Positions 18,389 through 27,141 of a stretch of 44,281 nt of DNA are shown here, one piece after another. The notes under the pieces were generated by a model, which was not told where the DNA came from, did no database searches, and saw nothing but the letters and a program-made list of their open reading frames with translations. Position 1 is the stretch's first letter; each line of letters opens with the position of its first letter. Made by a program: the position numbers and the translations under genes. The DNA lies in sequence record SRR31156797_3911, one strand, 5' to 3'.

Positions 18389-18730
18389 ATGCATTCCCTC
18401 AATGAACCAGATCTGCAGGGCTATCACCAAGTAGCACCTGGTGTTTTTTTGCGAACCCTGGAAGCCGGAAAAAATACCCATATGGTGGCTTTTCGCCTGT
18501 TGGCCGGGAAACAGATTCCTTCCCATTCCCACCCCCATGAACAATGCGGCTACCTTGTCTGCGGCAGGATAGCGATGGCGCGGGCGGATCGAGAGCAGGA
18601 AATCTTCAGCCCAGGAGGCAGCTGGGTCATCCCCGGCGGTATCGAACACGGGGTGGAGGTGATGGAGGATGCCTTGGTCATTGAGGTGTTCTCGCCTGTT
18701 AGAGAGGATTACCTTGCTCTGGATGAGTGA
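18389..18730 (+). CDS. Cupin-domain protein
   Basis: HSHPHEQ...IPGGIEH...EVFSPVREDY. Confidence 0.88.
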   Translation: MHSLNEPDLQGYHQVAPGVFLRTLEAGKNTHMVAFRLLAGKQIPSHSHPHEQCGYLVCGRIAMARADREQEIFSPGGSWVIPGGIEHGVEVMEDALVIEVFSPVREDYLALDE

Positions 18731-18746
18731 TTTTAAACGGGTACCA

Positions 18747-19439
18747 TTAACCCCATGGCGCTAGCAACGGATTCCAGTTGATTGACAGGGTTTCTTGTGT
18801 GTCTGGCATAATTATCACCGGTGATTCCATATCGTATTCCTTAAGCGCTCTACGACATTCATTAAGGGTGTCCTGTACGATTGCTGGCTCACTTGGGCTG
18901 TGGAGGTTGTACACAAGGCCCAAGAAAGGAATTTGGCGGCTTTTTATGGCTTCAAGGCTTAACCTGGTATGGTTGATAGACCCCAGCTTTGATGAAGTGA
19001 CAAGAACCAGTGGGTATTTTTTCTCTTTCAGGTAGTCCAGCAGAAGCAGTTCACTGCTCAGCGGCACCAATAAACCACCTGCGCCTTCAACCAGAAGCCA
19101 CTCATACTCGTCTTGCAGAACGTTGGCGGCACGGTCGAGCACTTCTGTTTCAATAACCTTTTTCGCCTGTTGGGCTGCCAGTCTTGGTGAAGCGGGCAAA
19201 GGAAAGAGATAGGGGCAGGTTATGCCTTGCTCATCCTGTTTGGTCAAGGGTATCCCCATGAGTCTTCTGTGGAGGAGTATGTCATCTGACTGATTGGTAC
19301 AGCCCGTCTGCACGAGTTTGAGGGTGGTCACCTTTTTCTTCTGGAGGTGTAGATGCCTTGCAATAAGGCCTGTAACCACTGATTTTCCAACATCCGTATC
19401 TATGCCGACTATGGCAAGTGTTTTCGCATGCCCATCCAT
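18747..19439 (-). CDS. bioD: Dethiobiotin synthase
   Basis: GIDTDVGKS, KLVQTG, ASPRLAA, VEGAGGLLVP, LGSINHT. Confidence 0.93.
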   Translation of the reverse strand: MDGHAKTLAIVGIDTDVGKSVVTGLIARHLHLQKKKVTTLKLVQTGCTNQSDDILLHRRLMGIPLTKQDEQGITCPYLFPLPASPRLAAQQAKKVIETEVLDRAANVLQDEYEWLLVEGAGGLLVPLSSELLLLDYLKEKKYPLVLVTSSKLGSINHTRLSLEAIKSRQIPFLGLVYNLHSPSEPAIVQDTLNECRRALKEYDMESPVIIMPDTQETLSINWNPLLAPWG

Positions 19440-19793
19440 AAGTCTATCTCCAAAGTATTTTGCGCCTGAGGCATTTAAAGAAAATCTAAAATATTTGCTG
19501 TTGCTTCTTCATTGAAAGGGGGTCGCTCCATTTATCCAATGTTGGTCGGAGTTGACGGTGCTTACCCTGTTCAGGTGGGAACCGTTCCCTAACCGGTTCC
19601 AGGCCGGTGCTGAGGCGAACATCGAATGTAATGAAGTCAGGTAGGGAATGCTTGCCTCAAAGGCGGGAGGGGGCTTTCCGGGAAGTATTCCCTCAATCAA
19701 CTGGGACCGGTTTAAGTCGTAGGAAAGAAAAGTACGGCGCATCCCATTAGTACTCTCAGGTCATGTCTACCTATATGCAGGGGAAATTTTGTC

Positions 19794-20588
19794 TTACCCC
19801 TTGGGTTGTGCGATAAAATACATGGGGTGGTAGGTCAGTCTGACAGCGCCGTCAATTGTGTAGCGTTGTGCATATTCCTGGCTGAATAATCCTAACTGTT
19901 TTCGTGTCCAAGCTTTTGTGCCGATGGCATTTACACCTGTCTGTCGCAAATGCTGAAGTGTTGCAAGAGGACTGCCAAACCAGAGGGTTTCTAGGGTGTG
20001 GGCAGAATCAATGACCGAAAATTTTTCTTCAGTGGAGCGGAGCAGGGAACTGAAATCTTTATAAGGGAGCCCTATTCCAGTTATTGTTCTGATCTCTTTG
20101 AGATTTTCCGAGCCATAGATTGAATAGGCAAGCAGGCCCTGTGGGGTGAGAAGGTCGTGGAGCTTTCTAAACAACTGCGGGAGATCATGAATCCAATGGA
20201 ATGTGGAGGAGGATATGATCAGGTCGTATTTTCTGGGAAAATTGAGTTGTTCTATGTCGCCTGCAATAAATGTTGCTCTGCTTGAAAGAGGGCGGGTTTT
20301 TTCCTCAATATAAGGTTTAAAAGAAGAGACCAGGTCTGATGCAGTAAAGTGTTGTATATTGGGAAATCGCTTGACAAGCTTTGCGGTAAGCAGACCGGTG
20401 CAGCAACCAATTTCTAAAACGGATAATGGCTCTTGCGTAAGCGAGTTGTCAAGCATTGTGAGTAACTTTTCGGCTACTACATGTTGGATATCAGCTTGTT
20501 CTTCGTAGGTACGAGCAGCTTTAGCAAAGCGCTGCTCAATAAGATGTTTATCAGGAATCATCGTTGGCTGTAATGTTTGTGAGTGCAT
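19794..20588 (-). CDS. bioC: Malonyl-ACP O-methyltransferase
   Basis: RFAKAARTY, VLEIGCCTG, LIISSSTFHW, HLRQTGVN, LTYHP; next to bioD; start may be 20561. Confidence 0.88.
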   Translation of the reverse strand: MHSQTLQPTMIPDKHLIEQRFAKAARTYEEQADIQHVVAEKLLTMLDNSLTQEPLSVLEIGCCTGLLTAKLVKRFPNIQHFTASDLVSSFKPYIEEKTRPLSSRATFIAGDIEQLNFPRKYDLIISSSTFHWIHDLPQLFRKLHDLLTPQGLLAYSIYGSENLKEIRTITGIGLPYKDFSSLLRSTEEKFSVIDSAHTLETLWFGSPLATLQHLRQTGVNAIGTKAWTRKQLGLFSQEYAQRYTIDGAVRLTYHPMYFIAQPKG

Positions 20589-20723
20589 AAAGGGAACAGA
20601 CTATAACCGATGCACCACAATTGTGAAACCATGAACATGGCTGAACAGGAGCACCGCAACAAATTTCAGGGTGCTCCTCTTTTGCCTGCGAAAAGAGTAC
20701 TTTTCTCTTGATAAAAAAAGGGG

Positions 20724-21188
20724 TTAAAAACCCCAGAGCAGGCTGCGTTTAACCCACCCATTAACACCTTTATCGTGTTCTATATGGACCCATCCGCTTT
20801 TTTGCTCAATAGTCGTAAATACAACTCCATAATAAGCCTTGGCCACAATGCGACTGTTTGTTCCAGGGCCACTGCGTACGTTGATTCTTTTTTTTGATTT
20901 TTTATTTACTTTAACGATCATGTGCTTTTTGCGGCTTGTGACGTTGCGATGTATCCACCCAATGCTGCCTTCAAAATCCTGCACCCTGTACCAACTTCCT
21001 TTTTTACGGAGTACTTTAAGCGGAAAGCCAGATCCCAATTTCCACAGCACCTTGTACTTGGTACCTGGGCCTGAGCGCATATTTATGTCATCCCCTTTGA
21101 TTGAAACCATTTCCGCAAGGGCTGCCGAGGAAGAGGTGAAAACAAGAGAAAAGAAAATCAGAAAAATGAGAGCGTATTTGTATTTCAT
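20724..21188 (-). CDS. Secreted tandem SH3b-domain protein
   Basis: Signal peptide; two NMRSGPGT/NVRSGPGT repeats; GWV...LLWG. Confidence 0.88.
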   Translation of the reverse strand: MKYKYALIFLIFFSLVFTSSSAALAEMVSIKGDDINMRSGPGTKYKVLWKLGSGFPLKVLRKKGSWYRVQDFEGSIGWIHRNVTSRKKHMIVKVNKKSKKRINVRSGPGTNSRIVAKAYYGVVFTTIEQKSGWVHIEHDKGVNGWVKRSLLWGF

Positions 21189-21211
21189 GGAGAACAAATT
21201 ATCTGTCAATG

Positions 21212-22102
21212 TTACCTGGTCGTAACTTTTTTGCTTTGGGGAAACATGGTGTACCCCGCTAGATCCAGAGAAATTGCGTTAAAAGTACAAGCTTCGTTCA
21301 TGCATTTCAAGCAATTGATACATTCACCGCTGTTTGGTGTCTCGTTAAATCGAATTTCTACCGGACAAACCGTGTGACATGCACCGCATGAAGTACATCT
21401 TTTTTTGTCTAGTTTCAGTTGAATGAGACTGAAACGGTTGAAAAAGGCGTAAAAAGCACCAAGAGGGCAGGTCGTTCGACAAAAAGGCCGGGAGGCCACT
21501 ATGGACCAACCAATATAAAAGAAGGCTATGGAAAGCTTGCTGGCAAAAAGCCACCCTACCGTTGGTCTTAACTCGGGAAGGAGAAGCAGCATGGGAATTC
21601 CAGCCTCCAGTGTACCTGCAGGACAGATGTACTTGCAAAACCAGGGAAGGCCCATGCCGGAAGCATCAACTGCCAGCAGCGGAAGGAGGATAACAAAAAA
21701 AAGGAGAAAAATGTATTTTCCCCACCGCAGAGCCGGAGCAACCGCATATTTGGGAGAGGGTATTTTATACAGGAGTTCCTGTAAAAGGCCGAAAGGACAG
21801 GCCCAACCACAAATAAATCGCCCAAAAAGAGAGCCCAGGATGCCTATCGAGGCAACCACGTAAGTGCCGAAATAGTACCCCCCTGTCTGCAGGGTGAACC
21901 GGATAGTGACTAACAGCTGCTGGAGACTGCCTAAAGGGCAGTAAGTAGTTGCAGCGGGGCAGGAGTAGCAATTCAAACCTGGTGAGCAGATAACCTTTAA
22001 CGGACCTTGGTACAAGGACTTTGAAAAAGGAAAAAGAAGGTAACTGTTAGTGATGAGGAGCCAAAACCACTGGACCCACATTCGGATGGTTTTTATGGTC
22101 AC
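21212..22102 (-). CDS. Membrane-bound 4Fe-4S binding protein (NapH/MauN/YccM-like polyferredoxin)
   Basis: CYSCP, CPLGSLQ, CGWACPFG, CKYICPAG, CRTTCPLG, CTSCGACHTVCP, CINCLKC. Confidence 0.88.
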   Translation of the reverse strand: MTIKTIRMWVQWFWLLITNSYLLFPFSKSLYQGPLKVICSPGLNCYSCPAATTYCPLGSLQQLLVTIRFTLQTGGYYFGTYVVASIGILGSLFGRFICGWACPFGLLQELLYKIPSPKYAVAPALRWGKYIFLLFFVILLPLLAVDASGMGLPWFCKYICPAGTLEAGIPMLLLLPELRPTVGWLFASKLSIAFFYIGWSIVASRPFCRTTCPLGAFYAFFNRFSLIQLKLDKKRCTSCGACHTVCPVEIRFNETPNSGECINCLKCMNEACTFNAISLDLAGYTMFPQSKKVTTR

Positions 22103-22108
22103 CGACTT

Positions 22109-22258
22109 TTACCCGATACCTATACAGGCAAGGCAAATTGTTTTTGCTTGTTCTAAAACCCGCTCAGGTTCCTCCACATTAATTCCGACCATTAGCAGCA
22201 GTAGGAACAATGAAAGGAGTAGAAAAGGCGCTGTACGCAGAGGTGATTTATTTTTCAT
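22109..22258 (-). CDS. Small CXXC membrane protein (CD1871A-like; absent from the ORF track)
   Basis: Manual translation MKNKSPLRTAPFLLLSLFLLLLMVGINVEEPERVLEQAKTICLACIGIG*; the C-terminal ICLxCIGIG end is typical and it lies directly upstream of the 4Fe-4S gene. Confidence 0.85.
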   Translation of the reverse strand: MKNKSPLRTAPFLLLSLFLLLLMVGINVEEPERVLEQAKTICLACIGIG

Positions 22259-22300
22259 TGCTTCACCATGAGCTTGAAAAGGGAAAAATACTTTCCACCG

Positions 22301-23170
22301 TTAACGTGAGAGAAGGCTTACCAGTCTATCCAGATCATCGTTAGAAAAATAATCTATTTCAAGTTTGCCTCTTTCGCCACTCTGGACGATCCTAACCTTG
22401 GTGTTGAGATGATTGGTTATTTGGTTTACCACTGTTGTGCAGTAATTTTGTGGGAGTGCATCAACGGGTTTTTTGGAGGGATTTTCAACAGGTGCCTCCT
22501 GCTTCAATATTTTTTTACAGAGAGCCTCTGTGGCCCGAACCGAGAGTTCTTCTGCGACAATTCGATCGCGAACTTCCACGAGGAGTGCCGGGTCATCTTT
22601 TAACCGCAGCAGCACTCGTGCGTGTCCCTCTGTCAGGCTTCCTGTTATCACATCCTTTTGAATGGGACCTGGGAGATGAAGTAAGCGAAGGACATTAGTG
22701 ATGGTGGATCTTTTCTTCCCTACTCTCCTGGCTACATCTTCCTGGGTGAGTTTAAACTCATCTAAGAGGCGTGCATAAGCCGTTGCCTCTTCAATGGGGT
22801 TGAGGTCATGGCGCTGGATATTTTCAATGAGGGCCAGTTCAAGATTTGTACTGTCGCTCTTATTTTCCATGACCACCACTGGGACTTCATCCCTGCCAGC
22901 CATTTTTGCGGCTCGAAGGCGCCGCTCACCAGCGATAAGGTCATATCGATTTCCTTTGGTGCGAGTGACGAGTAGGGGTTGAATGACACCCTTTTCTTTA
23001 ATGGATTCAGCTAGTTGTGCGAGTTTTTCTTCGTTGAAGTAACTCCGCGGTTGGTCTGGGTTGGGAGCTATCTTCTCAATATCACACATGAAAAAGCGGT
23101 CATCTTCCTCTTGGGTATCTGTTTGCAGCAGTGCGCCAACCCCTCTCCCTAGGACACTTTTTTTACTCAT
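22301..23170 (-). CDS. parB: Chromosome partitioning protein ParB/Spo0J
   Basis: LGRGVGALL, NPDQPR, LIAGERRLRA, ENIQRHDLNPIEEA, HTH. Confidence 0.96.
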   Translation of the reverse strand: MSKKSVLGRGVGALLQTDTQEEDDRFFMCDIEKIAPNPDQPRSYFNEEKLAQLAESIKEKGVIQPLLVTRTKGNRYDLIAGERRLRAAKMAGRDEVPVVVMENKSDSTNLELALIENIQRHDLNPIEEATAYARLLDEFKLTQEDVARRVGKKRSTITNVLRLLHLPGPIQKDVITGSLTEGHARVLLRLKDDPALLVEVRDRIVAEELSVRATEALCKKILKQEAPVENPSKKPVDALPQNYCTTVVNQITNHLNTKVRIVQSGERGKLEIDYFSNDDLDRLVSLLSR

Positions 23171-23172
23171 AG

Positions 23173-23949
23173 CTACATTTCCTGTTTTAATCTTTGCAAG
23201 AACTCTGTCCCCAACTTGGTATAGGCTTTTGCTCCGCTGGAACTTTTATCGTATTCAATGATAGTTTTACCATGGCTGGGGCTTTCACTAAGTCGGACAT
23301 TACGAGGTATAACCGTCTTGAAAACCTGATCGCCAAAGTGATTTTTGACCTCTTCTGCTACTGAATGTGTCAGCTTGTTTCTTCCGTCATACATGGTCAG
23401 AAGGAGTCCCTCTATATACAGTTCCCGGTTGAGTGTTTTTTTGACCTTGCGAATAGTGGAAATAAGTTGAGCCAAACCTTCAAGGGCGAAATATTCACAT
23501 TGGAGCGGGATCAGTATGGAGTCAGCCGCCGTAAGGCTGTTTAATGTAAGAATACCCAGGGACGGTGGACAATCAATAATGATAAAATCGAATTCTTCTT
23601 TGAGTGAGCGGAGAATAGCTTTGAGTTTTTTTTCTCTGTTCTCCTGAGAGATCAGTTCGACTTCCACACCAACCAGGTCAATAGAAGAAGGAAGGATCGA
23701 GAGGTTTTTTAGACGAGTTTTTTGGACACAGTTTTTTGCTTGCCCCTCATCGGTGTAACACGTGTAGATATTCTCATCCCCAACGGTATCAAAAACACCG
23801 ACTCCACTTGAAGCGTTACCCTGTGGATCAGAGTCAACGAGCAGTACTTTTTTTCTTTTGGCAGAAAGAACAGCAGCCAGATTAAGGGCTGTGGTGGTTT
23901 TGCCGACCCCACCTTTTTGGTTAGCCACAGCTATTGTTTTTGCGTACAA
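23173..23949 (-). CDS. parA: Chromosome partitioning ATPase ParA/Soj
   Basis: NQKGGVGKTTT, DPQGNAS, DCPPSLG, IPRNVRLSESPSHG. Confidence 0.96.
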   Translation of the reverse strand: MYAKTIAVANQKGGVGKTTTALNLAAVLSAKRKKVLLVDSDPQGNASSGVGVFDTVGDENIYTCYTDEGQAKNCVQKTRLKNLSILPSSIDLVGVEVELISQENREKKLKAILRSLKEEFDFIIIDCPPSLGILTLNSLTAADSILIPLQCEYFALEGLAQLISTIRKVKKTLNRELYIEGLLLTMYDGRNKLTHSVAEEVKNHFGDQVFKTVIPRNVRLSESPSHGKTIIEYDKSSSGAKAYTKLGTEFLQRLKQEM

Positions 23950-23968
23950 CGGTATTCCTCTCTTGTTT

Positions 23969-23995
23969 CTAGCCCGGATGAGAAATCCAGGCTAA
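23969..23995. mobile_element. Collapsed MITE remnant (ends only)
   Basis: CTAGCCCGGAT-GAGAA-ATCCAGGCTAA; right half matches the TGAGAAATCCGGGTTAG end of copy A. Confidence 0.5.
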
Positions 23996-24077
23996 CTTTA
24001 TTGACGAAAACAGCAAACAGTATACTATAATCGGTCCCATGAGCATACATTTCTCTTGGGGGTAAATTTAAAAAAAA

Positions 24078-24093
24078 TGTTTCACGTGAAACA
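24078..24093. promoter_or_regulatory. parS: parS centromere site
   Basis: Exact consensus TGTTTCACGTGAAACA; the palindrome extends over 24074-24097; 130 bp from parA. Confidence 0.95.
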
Positions 24094-24110
24094 TTTTATA
24101 GCAGGAGCGT

Positions 24111-25724
24111 GTGATGGAGTTTGATAGTGATGTCCTTATCATTGGCAGTGGCGTTTCCGGTTTGTCCTATGCCTTAAAAGTAGCCAGGTTTGCAACGGTG
24201 ACCATTGTGACCAAAAAGGCCAAAGCGGATACTGCAACTAATCTTGCCCAGGGGGGCGTGGCAGCGGTGTTGTCTGTTGAAGACTCTATAGATGCGCATG
24301 TAGAGGACACACTTGTGTCGGGGGATGGGTTGTGTGACGAGGAAATCGTACGCATTGTAGCGACCGAGGGGCCTGATAGGGTGAGGGAGTTGGTTGACCT
24401 TGGGGTCGATTTTCACAAGAAAGAAGACGGTACCTTTGATCTGGGTATGGAGGGCGGTCACTCTGTACGCAGGGTGGCGCATGCCTACGATTTGACCGGT
24501 CGAGAAATAGAACGGGCACTTCTGGACCAGATAGCGGCTAATCCTAAAATCACTGTTTTGGAGAATCATCTTGCTATTGATTTGTTGGTGGAGTCAAGGG
24601 CTATGGGGGCGAGTGTTGGCTCTTCCCAAGGGGAACGGTGTCTCGGTGCCTACGTACTTGACCGGGAAACGGGAAGGGTGGAGGTGCGTCAGGCACGGGT
24701 GACCGTGCTTTGTACAGGCGGGTGCGGGAAAGTATACCTGTATACAACCAACCCTGATATCGCGACTGGAGATGGAGTCGCTATGGCATACAGGGCAGGA
24801 GCAAAGGTGGCTAATATGGAGTTTATCCAGTTTCATCCTACCTGTTTTTTCAACTGGGAAGCGAAAAACTTTCTCATTTCTGAGGCTGTTCGAGGCGAGG
24901 GGGGGGTGCTGGTTGATGAACAGGGAACCCCGTTTATGGAAAAATATGATGCCAGAGGGGACCTGGCAACTAGGGATGCTGTGGCACGTGGAATAGATGC
25001 GGAGATGAAAGCAAGTGGTGCTGACTGTGTGTACCTGGACATAACCCACAAGTCTCGCGATTTTTTGCGAGAAAGGTTTCCAACCATTTATAGGACCTGT
25101 AAACAGTACGGGGTGGATATTGCCAACCGGCCTATACCTGTTGTTCCTGCAGCACACTACATGTGTGGCGGTGTACTGGTAGATGAATGGGGGCAAAGCT
25201 CTTTGGGGAATTTACTTGCTTTTGGTGAAACAGCCTGTACCGGGCTTCACGGTGCAAATCGGCTTGCAAGTAACTCCTTGCTTGAAGCTGTTGTTTTTGC
25301 CCATCGAGGGGCAATGATGTTGGAAGAGAAAATAGAGAACCTGCGGGCACTGCAAAAAGTGAAGGTCGCACCATGGCGAACAGGGGGGGCTTCGTCCCTG
25401 AACGAGTCAATTCTGGTGAACCACAACTGGGATCAGTTGAGACGCCTGATGTGGAACTATGTTGGTATTGTCAGGAATACAAAACGGCTGGACTTGATGC
25501 AGAGACGTCTGCAATCGATGTTGGACGAAATAAAAGAGCACTTTTTTGACTATCTTTTAACTCCGGATTTAGTGGAGTTGAGAAATTTAGCAGTGATCGC
25601 CGATCTCATAGTGAGGAGTGCAGCTCAGCGGAAGGAATCCAGGGGGCTCCATTACACACTGGATTACCCCTCTCATGATGACAAGACGTGTCGCATAGAT
25701 ACGGTCCTGCAGCGAAAGGGGTAA
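24111..25724 (+). CDS. nadB: L-aspartate oxidase
   Basis: IIGSGVSG, AQGG, EGGHS, QFHPT, SEAVRGEG, AAHYMCGG, GLHGANRLASNSLLE, ESRGLHY. Confidence 0.95.
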   Translation: MMEFDSDVLIIGSGVSGLSYALKVARFATVTIVTKKAKADTATNLAQGGVAAVLSVEDSIDAHVEDTLVSGDGLCDEEIVRIVATEGPDRVRELVDLGVDFHKKEDGTFDLGMEGGHSVRRVAHAYDLTGREIERALLDQIAANPKITVLENHLAIDLLVESRAMGASVGSSQGERCLGAYVLDRETGRVEVRQARVTVLCTGGCGKVYLYTTNPDIATGDGVAMAYRAGAKVANMEFIQFHPTCFFNWEAKNFLISEAVRGEGGVLVDEQGTPFMEKYDARGDLATRDAVARGIDAEMKASGADCVYLDITHKSRDFLRERFPTIYRTCKQYGVDIANRPIPVVPAAHYMCGGVLVDEWGQSSLGNLLAFGETACTGLHGANRLASNSLLEAVVFAHRGAMMLEEKIENLRALQKVKVAPWRTGGASSLNESILVNHNWDQLRRLMWNYVGIVRNTKRLDLMQRRLQSMLDEIKEHFFDYLLTPDLVELRNLAVIADLIVRSAAQRKESRGLHYTLDYPSHDDKTCRIDTVLQRKG

Positions 25725-25746
25725 TCGTTAAAATGATGGGGGTGGG

Positions 25747-26634
25747 TTATTCGCCGAAAAGCCCTTTAAGCATTTTTAGTCCCTGCTCCATTTCCTGCGT
25801 CATCTCTTCCTGTGCTGGTTGATTGTCCTGCTGGTTAGGGGGCACTTGCTGCTGTGTAGGTGCTCCCATACCTGTAGGGAAGGGGGTGAGTGGGGTATTT
25901 TTGAGTTGTTTGGCGCCATCTGGTTGCTTGAGTTTGCTCATTATAGAGTGGATCATCGATGTTATCATTGCTTCTGCTTCTTGATCATGGATGACCTCAA
26001 TGTCTTGAGGCCCCTTGAAAGCACTTTCGGGAATGGATGACTTGGTATCCACAGAGGTGGCGGTGATATTGGTGGACATACCCATGACAGAGGTTTCGCT
26101 CAGGAGGGGGATGTCGGTTCCATGCATGGTGTAGATTTTGGTGAAACCTGCGACCTCTGTCAAGTCGCAGGAATGACCAAGGATTTTTTTTGCATTTGGA
26201 AGGCTGGTACCGCCCATGCTCATAAGAGAAGCACCAAGTTCTTCGGAATTTTTTTCAACATTCCGTTTTTCTTCTTTGGTGAGTTTGTTGTACTCAGCGG
26301 AGAAAATTTTTGCAGGGTTGGTTGTTTTGTTTCCAGTTTTATCCACTAAATCGTAGCTGATGACCCAGTCTGGTGTCACTATTTCTATGGTGTTCGTTTT
26401 GGTGGTCATTCCCATCATGGACATGGTTGTGTCATGGTGAGTCGCCCTTTGTTTCCCTTTGTTTTTGATGAAAAGTGTTTCGGTGCCTGCTTCATTACCG
26501 CTTACGGTGTAGTGGATAGTAGCGCTCTTAAAGGGCAGTGGCATATCCCAAGGAAGGGCTTTTGCAAACAGCGGCACTGTAAAAAAGAGGAGGAGGATAC
26601 TGACAGTAGGGAAAATAGTGCGTAGTTTATACAT
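25747..26634 (-). CDS. Secreted hypothetical protein (beta-rich, DUF4412/LolA-like by inference)
   Basis: Signal peptide (PLFA-K); 'KKILGHSC' motif; low-complexity P/Q tail ending LKGLFGE; AAGGAG RBS. Confidence 0.7.
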   Translation of the reverse strand: MYKLRTIFPTVSILLLFFTVPLFAKALPWDMPLPFKSATIHYTVSGNEAGTETLFIKNKGKQRATHHDTTMSMMGMTTKTNTIEIVTPDWVISYDLVDKTGNKTTNPAKIFSAEYNKLTKEEKRNVEKNSEELGASLMSMGGTSLPNAKKILGHSCDLTEVAGFTKIYTMHGTDIPLLSETSVMGMSTNITATSVDTKSSIPESAFKGPQDIEVIHDQEAEAMITSMIHSIMSKLKQPDGAKQLKNTPLTPFPTGMGAPTQQQVPPNQQDNQPAQEEMTQEMEQGLKMLKGLFGE

Positions 26635-26740
26635 GGTTCTCCTTATTGATGGTGATTGGGGTAGGTGCTTTTGTTAGATTAGCACAAAATTCCTAATTAA
26701 ATAAACTCTATATGTTACACAACAAGATACCATTGTCTAT

Positions 26741-27124
26741 ATGCTGACTGCAATACACTTTATAGCCGAACGTCGAATAGAAAAAGCCATGGCAGAGGGG
26801 ACTTTGCCCGATCTTTCACATTGGAAAAATAAACCAATGCCCAAGGATGACATGGAACATGTGCCCCCTGATTTAAGGATGGGATACCGGATATTGAAGA
26901 ATGCCGGGTATGTTCCGGAGGAGGTCGGTTTGCGTAAAGAAATACGCCAAACAGAGGATCTGCTTCGTCACTGTACAGATGAAAAAAGTAAATATAAACA
27001 GATGAAAAAATTGGAATACTTGCGGTTCAAGCTGGAGTTCCGAATGGGAAAGAAACTCCAGCTTGATGATGAATCCTGTTACTATGAAAAAGTCGTAGAC
27101 TCCCTGACGGTTAAAGGGAAATAA
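26741..27124 (+). CDS. DUF1992 / DnaJ-C28-like domain protein
   Basis: IAERRIEKAMAEG...LRMGYRILKNAGYVPEEV. Confidence 0.85.
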   Translation: MLTAIHFIAERRIEKAMAEGTLPDLSHWKNKPMPKDDMEHVPPDLRMGYRILKNAGYVPEEVGLRKEIRQTEDLLRHCTDEKSKYKQMKKLEYLRFKLEFRMGKKLQLDDESCYYEKVVDSLTVKGK

Positions 27125-27141
27125 GAACAATATGTTACCTT

